Shown here piece by piece: positions 50,029 through 61,650 of a stretch of DNA of 64,000 bases. The DNA is taken from the NCBI GenBank assembly GCA_002269645.1, contig NIVC01001364.1, positions 62,001-126,000 of the forward strand. The letters run 5' to 3'. Every line of letters starts with the position of its first letter. Within the stretch, counting starts at the first letter, position 1. The notes beneath the pieces are model-generated. The model did not search any database, was not told the origin of the DNA, and saw only the letters and a list, made by a program, of their open reading frames with translations. The translations under genes were made by a program, and so were the position numbers. Source of the stretch: Macrostomum lignano. Lineage: Eukaryota.

Positions 50029-50637
50029 GGCCTACTCCACCTGTCCACCATTATCTGTTATAGTACTGTCAAATTGACAGTTTTCTGAACAAAAATTTTT
50101 TAGCATAGGCCTAGACTATTGACATTTTTTGCTATTTATTAGTTTGCAATTGCAGTATTTTGTAAAAAATTAAAATTTTTGATATATTGAATAAAACCCT
50201 TGGGTTTAGTAATGCAAAGCCAAAGGCGCATGTCCAAGGTGGCCACATCTGGCTAGGCCTAAGGTCTATTCTAGCTCCTAGGATGTAGAAAGGAGTGAGA
50301 GGACTATTGAATTTTAATTCCTAGGAGCCTAAATGATTAATTTGACTAGGAAATCCAATAAGATTTGAAAAATTTAGTTTATATTGATTTTTTTTCTATC
50401 AGATCTAGTTTGTATGAATAAAATGATACTTCATTTATAAAAATTGATAAAGGGATAAAAAGTTATTACCTTTTTATGTCCTTTTTTGTCTATTTTTGTA
50501 ATGCATCTTTCCCATAAGGCCCTGTGATCAATTGTGACCAGAAGGTAAAAATATCAGAGAAAAGTGTTTGTAACTTTTGATTGGCTTGATGGATATTCAA
50601 AATTTAAAGTGTAACTTTTACCTTTTATCTAAGAGAA

Positions 50638-50790
50638 TAGGCAGAATGCCTTGACAGACAGAACATCTAGAAAAAGATAGGCAGAATGCCTTGGCAGACA
50701 GAACATCTAGAAAAAGATAGGCAGAATGCCTTGGCAGACAAAATGTCTGGGAGAGGATAGGCAAAATGCCTAGGATTGGACAGCACATCC
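50638..50790. repeat. 40-bp minisatellite (AGGCAGAATGCCTTGGCAGACAGAACATCTAGAAAAAGAT), 3-4 copies
   Basis: Directly visible. Confidence 0.85.
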
Positions 50791-51942
50791 TAGGGGAAAA
50801 AAGACAGCAATGTGCCCTTATTGAACAGCACCTTCTGGCTATTAAAAGGCAAAATGCCTTTAAAGAAAGAAAGCTGACTCAATGGCTTTTTTAGAACTAA
50901 TATTCAATAGGCATATAAGCATGATAATGAAGCTCAAAGCAGAGGCAAGTTGCTTCTCTACTGTGTATTTTGCTTGTTTTATACTACAAATATCAAATTT
51001 TAAACAAATATTAGACAAGAATTTATTCTACATAATGATAGAATAATAAAAGATATTTTAAAGCATATCGAGGTGAATGATTTTATTAGAAAAATAGGGA
51101 AATTTTGTGAATAGAAAAAGTTCATAATTTGCACAGTATAGCAATATATGATTGTGCATAGAATAAGCAAGGTGTCTATAATAAGGCAAATTGAATAACT
51201 AATAACTACAAAACACTGCTACTTTACCTTGTGGCCACATTTGTTTGTGGCCACCTTGTTCTGTTACCAGTAATGCTAGGTCTAATGATAGTATGCCTAA
51301 AAACTCTAGGCAGTCTAGTGAGATTTTTAAAGTTAGGCCTAATTTTTAGTATTTATTTCTATTTCATTTTATAAATCTCATTTGCATGAGTAAAAATATA
51401 CCTTTATAGAAAAAATGGTCAAGTAATATAAAAATTATAAATCTTTTTGTATCTAAAAATTGTTGATTCATTTTTTTCATAATATACTTGTATTTTGCTT
51501 AGGCCTATTGAAACTTGATTTTTTATAAATGTTTTTAACATAACTTTTTTTAACTAATTTCTATTCTCAATATGAATTTTTTTGCTTTTTTATTCTTTAA
51601 AAAAGGATAAAAAATCAATTGATAAAAAATTGAAATTCTTTTGTTATAAAATCACATAGCACTATTTGGATAACAGTTGTTTTGGTGACAAGATATTTTG
51701 GTGACAGTTATTTCAGTGACAAGCAAAGGTCAATTCGGTAATGAGAAAAAGACCTATTCAGTGAAAACCATTGTGGTTACAAATAGTAAATTATCTAGCC
51801 AATTATAACTGATATGAAACTTTAATTTTAGATGTTTTCTGAAATGAGAAAGTATTTTTTCATTTAATTTTGTTTATTTACTATTACAAAAATATGATCT
51901 TTTGAACTTGTATGTTTTCCAAAGCCAGTGTGCTCTTGTCAC

Positions 51943-53565
51943 CACAGAATATAGACAGAATGCCCGATCGGCTGTCGCGGGATGTTTGGAAATTAATATG
52001 CAAACAAACTACTTATGTGGTGAAGCGGAGCAGTAGTTATGAAAATTCGATATGCATATATATATATTTATAATATATGTAGACTCTGCGTATGATTCTA
52101 TAAACTTAGATACTGCTTCAGAATTTAAAATTAACAGGTTTGGCAGTGCCCAAATTGGAATAAAACCGTAGACGTTGTCACCAACCATTTATTTGAAACA
52201 AATAACATATTTGAAACATTTTAATTATTATTATTAACAATTCACCAATTTACTCCAATTTGTATTCGCTGCTCCTGTCCAGTGCCGCTATAATCAAATT
52301 CAATGCAATGCTTATGCAGAGCATTTCGCATGTTCTTTAAGCAATGAGGAACATCGATGAAAGCTGGAATCAGTGACTGAACTCCGTCTACTTCGATGCA
52401 CACGGAAGGGCGATCAGGATTCGCCCCTAACTGTCGCAAGCAATGCCACTGAGTAGACTCCTGGTCACACACGATGCCGGAAAGCGTGAGTCCCATTCTT
52501 TTAACTGCAGCAACAGACTCAGAGAGGATCTGTTTGAATCTCAGTGCCCCAGGTGCGTGGTGGATGAGATAGTGCCCAATCGGCTGCTTCCATCTTGAGC
52601 AAGTGCCTTTGAGCCATACAGCGACAAACTCATCAGCAGTAGTCGCAGTTCGACCCCCAGCGGACGTGCCACAGTCTTCGAAGCCGATGATCTGGTCCGC
52701 GTTCTTATCGTAGCGAAGCGAAGGCCTCACAGACAAGCTCTGTACGCGACAGACACTTTCGTCCTCTCAATTTCGCCGAATCTGCAGCTGAGACGACTGG
52801 TTCTCCATCAAAACACTGCACATTGTCCTCAGTGCGACCTTCTCTCGGCCTCCTCTCCTTCGCAAGTGGAGAAACTCTTACTCTCGGACGCGAGCGTCGG
52901 TAAGGTTCTGCTGTTTCTTTGTACAGCTGGAGCGTCGGGTATGCCGTGGGCATCAGTCTGACCCCAGGCTCATGTCTCTGGTCAGGACACACGTGGGGAA
53001 CATGCTGTCGGGAAAATGGTGGCTGCACACGACAGCGTTCTTCCACCTCGCTTCGTTTTTCTTGCCCAAGAGGTCTGATCGGAAAATGCGCCGAGCCCAA
53101 TCTTCACACCTACAGTACTTAGGTTTCAGTGAATGACTGTGGCAATAGCAGGCAAGTCACGCATGTACATGAACATACCTTTCACGGTTTGCTGTGAAAC
53201 GATAAAATCTCGTTTGTGCAGGACATTTGTTTGCGTAATTCTGGCAGCCATAAGCAGCGCATTGCCTTCTTGATGCTGTCATAATGTTAAAGTTGTCTCT
53301 GTTAATGCCTACGTTGCTGCCAATCACTGCCTTATTAATGTCAGTAGCAGCAGCCGCTGCCACAGAATATACTGTATATTCTATGGCATCGGCTGCTGCT
53401 ACTCGCAGTCTCAGTCGTCTATGGCAGAACCTTTCCGAGCCGCATACGAGTAAGTATAAGTGACTACTATCTTTCTTCACCACAAAAGTAGCTAAATATG
53501 CAAATACTTTTTGCGGCAGATTTTTCTGCGAGAGGGCTGATCGGCCATTCTGTCTATATTCTGTG
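51943..53565 (-). mobile_element. P-superfamily (THAP) DNA transposon, internally deleted, 1623 bp
   Basis: 30-bp TIR CACAGAATATAGACAGAATG[C/G]CCGATC[G/A]GC (first 20 bp identical); perfect 8-bp TSD CTTGTCAC at 51935-51942 and 53566-53573; transposase remnants inside. Confidence 0.93.
52242..53282 (-). pseudogene. Truncated P-type transposase: THAP zinc finger (exon 53179-53282 plus exon from about 53110) and partial RNase H-like domain
   Basis: THAP CAAYGC...W...VCSHHF...MPTAYPTL; catalytic region LRYDKNADQIIGFED, WKQPIGHY, CDQ, DVPHCLKNMRNAL; frameshift after CSHHFPDSMFP; central region and C-terminus absent. Confidence 0.9.
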
Positions 53566-55088
53566 CTTGTCACAGTCAGTATTTTGTTATAAGGATCCTC
53601 TATATGTTTATGGCTTGTGTCTGAATATTCTAGGAAAATTCAAAATGATCTGCACAAAAAAACACTATAATTTGTTTTTTTTCTTAAATTTCCCAAATAT
53701 AAATAATAAATATTTTGATGGATTTTTTTCAAATATATAAGAAACATAAATCTTAACAAAAACTACAAACTGATGAACTGATATCTATGAAGTGCCTCGT
53801 GTCACTAAAATGACTAAAGTCACCGAATCTTCTATTTTTTACAAAAGGTTAACAATGCCTGCCACAGAATAAATTTGTCACTAAAACAACTATTTGTCAC
53901 TGAAATTACTTGTCACTTAAACAACTGACACAGCATTATCCCTATGAAGTCGGGACTTTTGATATATAATCTCCTTTAGAAGACAGAAAATTATAAGTTA
54001 AAATTACTCTTAAAATCAAACTTCTAAATAGGACCACTTCTAAGTGCAGTATTTTAGCATCAAATCTTGTGTCTTGTAGGAATGCAGCTTATATTTATTT
54101 TTGTGGTATGATCATTTAAACGGTGAAATTATATTGAAGGGATCATATTTTAAAATTTTAGGAAATTATCAGTATATTAATCAATGAAAGTGAGAGGGTG
54201 CATATGGTCTGAATTCTGCACAAAAACAAGCAAAAAAACAAACTTGTTGCAATTGTCAGAAATGAGTTTCTGCTACCTTTTTGTAATATGATCCAAACAT
54301 TACAAAATTGCTATTGAATTGATCTTAAAACGAAGTGTCACCCCTCTCACTTTTGTTATCCAATCCCCTTAATACAATTTCAAGCAAATTCACTATTTGA
54401 GGGATTCTATTCCAAAGTGAATATATGTGTAGCTTGTGAATTCGGAAAGTGAATATATAGTTTGTCTTTTTTGATCAAATTGTACAAAGAATACACTTTT
54501 GCAACAACTATGATTATTACAGTGGTATGATAAAGTGGCAACTGACCTTGCCCATATGCAAGGGGATCATATAACAAAACAGTGCAACAGGGGGAATGGC
54601 ATAATGAAAGAATGCCAAAATTTAATATCGCCAAAATAACCAAAACCCTTGCAAAGCTTTAAAGAAGTATGTTGTAGGCCTAAAGTTGTTAGTAAGAAGG
54701 GTGAGAAACATTAAGCAGGTTTGTAGAGCTTTCCCAGTAGAGGCTAAACAGAGGTTGTTTCAGTCTCTTTAAAGTTGGGTTTTGTTAAAATTCTTTCACT
54801 TTGAGGAACACAGCAACAGACTACTACCTTCTAGGGCAATTAAAGAAGTTTTTCTCTATGCTCTTGTTGCTAGGGTCCTGCGGGCCTCAAATAGTGTTTT
54901 TTTTTCAATTTTAGCCAGTCCCTTGTCTTCCAGCAGTCTTTACACCTCTAGTCATCTTGGTGGTTTTCACACTTTTGACCCCCGATAGTCTGCAATTCAA
55001 AGGTGCAAAGGGGGTTATTTTGTTGTCAAACTTTCACAGACGCTTCTAAAGTAGTTTCACTTTAATTGCTTATTCTGCAGCTAAAAGC

Positions 55089-56606
55089 ATGGGTAAACAC
55101 AAGCAAAAGAAACATGCTCAGGAAGAGGACGCAGCAGAGCCAGTGGTTGATGCTGAGCCTCAGGAGGCTGAGGTCGAGGAAGCTGCCGCTGCCCCCGATG
55201 GTGCCAAGGTTCGCAGGCCCCAGGTGAGTGATTTCTGTGACTTCTGTGTGCACTTACATCCTTTGTAGTCCACTTGGCTGCTCGCTCAACTTTTGGCCTT
55301 GCTTAGAAGATTTACATGCTTTTAACTCTCCACTCAGTTCCCTCAGCTGGTCACTCACCCTCCCCTCAGTTCCCTCAGCTGGTCACTCACCCTCAGCTGG
55401 TCACTCACCCTCCCCTCAGTTCCCTCAGCTGGTCACTCACCCTCAGCTGGTCACCAACCCTCCTCAGCCGGTCACTCACCCTCAGCTGGTCACTCACCCT
55501 CAGCTGGTCACTCACCCTCAGCTGGTCACTCACCCTCAGCCGGTCACTCACCCTCAGCTGGTCACTCACCCTCAGCTGGTCACTCACCCTCAGCTGGTCA
55601 CTCACCCTCAGCTGGTCACTCACCCTCAGCTGGTCACCAACCCTCCTCAGCTGGTCACTCACCCTCAGCTGGTCACCAACCCTCCTCAGCTGGTCACCAA
55701 CCCTCCTCTGGTCACCAACCCTCCTCAGCTGGTCACTCACCCTCAGCTGGTCACCAACCCTCCTCAGCTGGTCACTCACCCTCAGCTGGTCACTCACCCT
55801 CAGCTGGTCACTCACCCTCAGCTGGTCACTCACCCTCAGCTGGTCACTCACCCTCAGCTGGTCACCAACCCTCCTCAGCTGGTCACTCACCCTCAGCTGG
55901 TCACCAACCCTCCTCAGCTGGTCACCAACCCTCCTCAGCTGGTCACCAACCCTCCTCAGCTGGTCACCAACCCTCCTCAGCTGGTCACTCACCCTCAGCT
56001 GGTCACCAACCCTCCTCAGCCGGTCACTCACCCTCAGCTGGTCACTCACCCTCAGCTGGTCACTCACCCTCAGCTGGTCACCAACCCTCCTCAGCGGGTC
56101 ACTCACCCTCAGCTGGTCACTCACCCTCAGCTGGTCACCAACCCTCCCAAGCTGGTCACTCGCAAGCACACCAGATTCCCCAACCAAACTGGCAGGTGAA
56201 AATGTCCTACGAGGAGCAGCTGAACTACGTGACGCCCATAGCCAATCCGATGGCTCCAAAGAAGGTGAACAAAAAGCTGCTCAAACTTATCCGCAAAGCC
56301 AAACGCGGCAAGAAAGTTCACCAAGGCGTGAAACTCATTCCTAAGCTGATTGTAAAGAAGCGCCAATCTGGCATTGTGGTTATCGCTGGTGACGTCACCC
56401 CGATCGATGTTGTCTCTCACCTGCCGTTGCTGCTGGAGGAGCACAGCGTACCTTATTGTTATTCGCCGTCTAAACGCGAAATTGGCGCCGCCTGCGGTTC
56501 CCGACGCGGCATCGCTCTGGTGTTCGTGCAGCGACACGACGATTTTGGCGACCTGTTCGACAAGATGCGCGACAAATTGCTTGAACTGCCGCTGCCCATC
56601 TCCTAA
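55089..56606 (+). CDS. NHP2: H/ACA snoRNP subunit NHP2 (L7Ae family); exons 55089-55223 and 56196-56606
   Basis: PIANPMAPKK..KKL.KLIRKA and AGDVTPIDVVSHLP..LEE..VPYCY.PSK..IGAACGS are NHP2-type; CAG|GTGAGT donor and ggcag acceptor, phase 0. Confidence 0.9.
55330..56162. repeat. Mixed 18/21-bp minisatellite (CTCAGCTGGTCACTCACC / CTCAGCTGGTCACCAACCCTC) filling the NHP2 intron
   Basis: Directly visible. Confidence 0.97.
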
Positions 56607-56694
56607 GATTGTCTGCTGGGAGTCTGGAGCTGTATTGTAGTTTAGTCCTGATTAAGAATTAAGACTATAGTCTATTTGCAAACATATGTACACT

Positions 56695-56788
56695 CAGCAG
56701 CATGTTAAAGTTTCCATCCCGGAAAGCAGTGGTTAAATTTCCACTTGTTCACCACTGATTTGGGGATGGAAACTTTTACACGTTGCTG
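56695..56788. mobile_element. About 95-bp hairpin/MITE just downstream of the NHP2 stop
   Basis: Arms cagcagcatgttaaagtttccatccc...cagtggt and accactg...gggatggaaacttttacacgttgctg; TA dinucleotides nearby on both sides. Confidence 0.6.
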
Positions 56789-56947
56789 GGTATGCTGTCT
56801 ATGGTTCTATGGTTTCGATAGTACAATGGAGTTTTAATTGTTAACCCAGTCTAAGCTACTCGAAAACACCCCAAAGCACAGATTCTATATTACCTAGATG
56901 CCACTCCAGCATTCGCTAATGTATTTAGCGGCTGTCCGAGGTCCTGA

Positions 56948-57108
56948 AAACCCCGGGGTTTGTGCCATAGACACCAGCTGCTAATGCTTGAGAGCAGCAG
57001 AAGCTAGTCTATGGTCCGAACCCCGGGGTTAGGGCCATAGACACCAGCTGCTGCTGCTAATGCTTGAGAGCAGCTGAAGCTACAGTCTATGGTCCGAACC
57101 CCGGGGTT
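56948..57108. repeat. Tandem of palindromic units: AACCCCGGGGTT x3 alternating with CCATAGAC...GTCTATGG hairpins x2
   Basis: Directly visible; periods 70 and 78 bp. Confidence 0.8.
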
Positions 57109-57569
57109 AGAGAGTTTTGGGCCGCAGGGATATAGGCCTCTAGACTCCTTCAACTCGGCTATTTCAGTTTTGGCCATAGACAAAAGCTAAAAAATGCCTC
57201 TAACTATGGTGGCGGTCCATCTAAGTGTGTCTTGTCTTAGTTTGTGCGCTTCTTTTCAACAATGGAATTCAATTAATGCTAGTTTATGACTCTTGCGGGT
57301 CAAATTATTTTCAAGATTGGTAGTTCAGTGCAACTTTTTCCTGTACAAATTGTTTAACAAAAATGCCTTTAATAGTTCCAATTAATAACTCTGTGCGCGT
57401 TTGAAAGCATTTTTTATTATAAAAAAGCTGCATTGCAACTACAATATTTGGTAGCTAAATACTTTAAAGCTGTGGCTATACAATTCTGTCTGCTGGATTG
57501 GAATTTTGTGTCTTGTTCTGTTGTTTCTTTTTTATTTTCTATACTTAGCTAATGGCTTTGTTAATCTCA

Positions 57570-57900
57570 ATACCCTCTCCATCACCCTCCGTACCCTCTC
57601 AATACCCTCTCCATACCCTCCGTACCCTCTCAATACCCTCCCTAGCCTCGCGATACCTTCCGTACTCTATCTGTAACCTCCCCTGTCCCTGCCCAATACC
57701 CTCCCTGCCCTCCCATTACCCTCCCTGCCCTCCCAATACCCTCCCTGCCCTCCCAATACCCTCCCTGCCCTCCCAATACCCTCCCTGCCCTCCCAATACT
57801 CTTCCGACCTATCCATACCTCTGTACCCTCTTAAATACCTTCACGACCCTCTGCATACTCCGTTACCTCCACCTACCCTCTTTACCCTCCCTCTACTTAC
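57570..57900. repeat. About 20-bp C-rich minisatellite (CCCTCCCAATACCCTCCCTG)
   Basis: Directly visible. Confidence 0.9.
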
Positions 57901-58093
57901 CAAAACTTCACACCCTCGATCACCTTACCGTTCTCGTACCATCCCACTTCATTTTATTTCATCCTCTCATGCAATCCCGTGTCTGTGGCACCTCAACGAC
58001 CCACCACCATTTATAGCCCTTTGCTTTCACTCAATATCGAACAAAAAACTGTAATACAGCCTTATCTCCCTTATTTGCATGCGCACTTGAAAA

Positions 58094-58477
58094 ATGTCCG
58101 ACGAAGTGAATCCCAAAGCTTATCCGTTGGCTGACGCTGTGCTGACAGAGAAAATTCTCGAGCTGGTGAAACAGGCAGTCAGCTACAAGCAGATGAAGAA
58201 AGGCGCTAATGAAGCTACAAAAGCTCTGAACAGAGGCCTAGCCGAGTTCATAGTGATGGCGGCTGATGCCGAGCCGCTGGAGATTCTGCTGCACCTGCCG
58301 TTGCTATGCGAGGACAAAAATGTGCCGTATGTGTTTGTCCGATCCAAGGTGAATTTGGGCAGGTGCTGCGGAGTCAAGCGGCCCGTCATCGCCTGCGCCG
58401 TACTGCAGAACGAAGGCTCGGAGCTGAAACCGCTGATCAACTCGCTGCAACAGTCTATTGAGAAGCTGCTAATCTGA
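58094..58477 (+). CDS. SNU13: SNU13 / 15.5K / NHP2L1, box C/D and U4 snRNP K-turn-binding protein; intronless CDS
   Basis: [10 protein letters not shown]...[62 protein letters not shown]; AATAAA at 58615. Confidence 0.98.
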   Translation: MSDEVNPKAYPLADAVLTEKILELVKQAVSYKQMKKGANEATKALNRGLAEFIVMAADAEPLEILLHLPLLCEDKNVPYVFVRSKVNLGRCCGVKRPVIACAVLQNEGSELKPLINSLQQSIEKLLI

Positions 58478-59363
58478 TGCGGAATATTAATTACGGCATT
58501 CATTAATTATTCATTACTTCTCAACTAATTGTTGCTATGAGGATGAGTTACTTAGTTCAATTTTGTGCGTTTTATGGGACAGTAATTAATATGGACAAGT
58601 TTATTAATACATTTAATAAAAATATAATAACTAACTAATGGCATTTCGATTCTAGCTAGCTGCGTCAATCGCGTTGTTGTTGGCGACTAAATATTGTGTA
58701 CATTTTTGGAAACATTTAGTCTGAATTGTTGTTTGCTTTTGTTAGTCTTTTTTATTTCGGTTCTGAACACGACCCTGGTTCGAGATTCCGCGCGCGGCCT
58801 CACGCAGTGTACATGTCTGATGCAAGGACTACTTAACAACACAGGACGTTACACTTGCAAATATTGGCAGAATTCTAAAAGGCCGCTAAGAGCAAACAGC
58901 TATCTTTTGTTTCTTGCTTCAAATTCAATTGAGTTATACAAGATGCCGATGAAGTGTTGCAGACTCCAGGCACAGTTGGGACAGATTCCGACTGTCAAAA
59001 CATTGTCGAGACACATGTTAAGTGTTGCACTCTCTCACAGCGCAGCTGTTCAACTATATTCGATGAGGTTTATGTACAACCTTCTCTGCGTCTTCGTGGG
59101 TGTCACGTCATTTGATAGCCAGAGGATACTCCAGATAAGCTAGCCTTACAGGCATCCGCATTTGTAGCCCGGCTCGTTCCAATTTACAGTCTTCATCCAG
59201 AATTTTTTCAACCAAGTAATTCGTCTTAACCAAAGTGCATGTACACACATTTGGTGGGACAGTTGTAAATGTGACAACCACTTTACTAAGCGTCTTTTAC
59301 TTTACTTGACCACTTTACTTGAAAGTCTACTAATCAAGGTTTTTTTGACGCTTCATTTAGAGG

Positions 59364-59820
59364 GCTCCAGTCTCCAATCTAAGTAGACTCCAGTCTCTAA
59401 TCTAAGTAGACTCCAGTCTCCAATCTAAGTAGACTCCAGTCTCCAATCTAAGTAGACTCCAGTCTCTAATCTAAGTAGACTCCAGTCTCCAATCTAAGTA
59501 GACTCCAGTCTCCAATCTAAGTAGACTCCAGTCTCTAATCTAAGTAGACTCCAGTCTCCAATCTAAGTAGACTCCAGTCTCCAATCTAAGTAGACTCCAG
59601 TCTCTAATCTAAGTAGACTCCAGTCTCCAATCTAAGTAGACTCCAGTCTCCAATCTAAGTAGACTCCAGTCTCCAATCTAAGTAGACTCCAGTCTCTAAT
59701 CTAAGTAGACTCCAGTCTTCAATCTAAGTAGACTCCAGTCTCTAATCTAAGTAGACTCCAGTCTCCAATCTAAGTAGACTCCAGTCTCCAATCTAAGTAG
59801 ACTCCAGTCTCTAATCTAAC
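59364..59820. repeat. 23-bp minisatellite (CTCCAGTCTC[C/T]AATCTAAGTAGA), about 20 copies, partial 3-unit higher-order pattern
   Basis: Directly visible. Confidence 0.97.
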
Positions 59821-60569
59821 CGTAGGCTAAAAGGCTAAAGACTCCAGCTCCCAATTTAAGTAGTGATAAATAAACAAATAACAGCCACTGACTTTAAATA
59901 CCTTAGCTACGCTCGTAAACCGTGTCATTTTGCGTTAGTAAAATGAATAGAAAAAGTGGAATAATTATAAATTTATATATTGTGTATTTGCTAAATGTGA
60001 GCAATAAACAAATATTAGATATTGAAGGCTGCAGACGTAGGCAAAATTGCATTGAATAAATATAAAGCGGCAACTTGCAGCAGTTAAGTTGTCACGGCAA
60101 AAGTTGTAAAAAGCTTCGCAAGAAAAAAATAACAAAGCAGAATAAAAGTGGAGCTGGCAGCGAAGCAGAAACAAAAGTTATCAATCAACTGTAACAAATC
60201 AAGCTCAAAAACAGATTAAAGTTCAAATATATCAGACTAGACAGGTGCTGAAAAAATTATAAATCATAAAGAAAATAACTAGGCGCAGTACAATTTGCGC
60301 AACTAGCTACTAATACAAGCACTGTTTTAAGGCGTACAAGCATACAATGCGCATTTTAGCACCTAAATTTGCTGTGGCTATAAATAAGAAATAAAATTTT
60401 GCTAATCGACTTACGAGTAATATCAGAATATTCAAATTGAGTTATAAAGGTAAATTGATTTAACGATAAAATTTCAAACTAAAGAGTTAGCAATAAATAA
60501 ACAAATAAAGAACCAATGCAAAGCTATGAAGACCAAAAGGTCTGTATTAATTTTAGAGTTTATATTTCC

Positions 60570-61650
60570 AGAGTATCCTCACACCATCTAGTGTCCCCAC
60601 ACCATCCAGAGTGTCCCCACACCACCCAGAGTGTCCCCACACCACCCAGTGTCCCCACACCATCCAGAGTGTCCCCACACCACCCAGAGTGTCCTCACAC
60701 CATCCAGTGTCCCCACACCACCCAGAGTATCCTCACACCATCCAGAGTATCCTCACACCACCCAGAGTATCCTCACAACATCCAGTGTCCCCACACCACC
60801 CAGTGTCCCCACACCACCCAGAGTATCCTCACACCACCCAGAGTGTCCCCACACCACCCAGAGTATCCTCACACCATCCAGTGTCCCCACACCACCCAGA
60901 GTGTCCTCACACCATCCAGTGTCCCCACACCACCCAGAGTGTCCTCACACCATCCAGAGTGTCACCACACCACCTAGAGTATCCTCACACCATCCAGAGT
61001 GTCCCCACACCACCCAGTGTCTTCACACCACCCACAGTGTCCCCACAGCATACCGAATGTACCCACATCATCCCGAGTGTCCCCACACCACCCAGAGTAT
61101 CCTCACACCATCCAGAGTGTCCCCACACCACCCAGAGTATCCTCACACCATCCAGAGTGTCCCCACACCACCCAGAGTGTCCTCACACCATCCAGAGTGT
61201 CCCCACACCACCCAGAGTATCCTCACACCATCCAGAGTGTCCCCACACCACCCAGTGTCTTCACACCACCCACAGTGTCCCCACAGCATACCGAATGTAC
61301 CCACATCATCCCGAGTGTCCCCACACCACCCAGAGTAACCCCACACCACCCAGAGTATCCTCACACCATCCAGAGTGTCCCCACACCACCCAGAGTATCC
61401 TCACACCATCCAGAGTGTCCCCACACCATCCAGAGTGTCCTCACACCACCCAGAGTGTCCCCACAGCATACCAAATGTACCCACATCATCCCGAGTGTCC
61501 CCACACCACCCAGAGTAACCTCACACCATCCAGTGTCCCCACACCACCCAGAGTGTCCCCACAGCATACCGAATGTACCCACATCATCCCGAGTGTCCCC
61601 AAACTATTTTGATGTTCCCACATCATCCTGAGTGTCCCCACACCATCCCA
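60570..61650. repeat. About 20-bp C-rich minisatellite (CACACCA[C/T]CCAGAGTGTCCC) with recurring variant blocks
   Basis: Directly visible. Confidence 0.95.

Larger units (their letters stand above)
51668..53941. mobile_element. Older inverted-repeat element (GGATAA...TTATCC ends with repeated GTGACAA / TTGTCAC motifs) interrupted by the P element
   Basis: Left cagttgttttggtgacaag...tttcagtgacaag mirrors right cttgtcacttaaacaactg and ttgtcactgaaa; no TSD resolved. Confidence 0.5.

Noticed and set aside
55228-56344. 323-aa, 342-aa and 284-aa ORFs overlapping NHP2
   Set aside because: Translations of the NHP2 intron minisatellite; intron retention meets an early in-frame stop
56695-57200. H/ACA snoRNA next to NHP2
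   Set aside because: No convincing hairpin-H box-hairpin-ACA layout; ANANNA matches are expected by chance
60516-61631. Several ORFs up to 333 aa (PHHPECPHTT)
   Set aside because: 20-bp minisatellite translations
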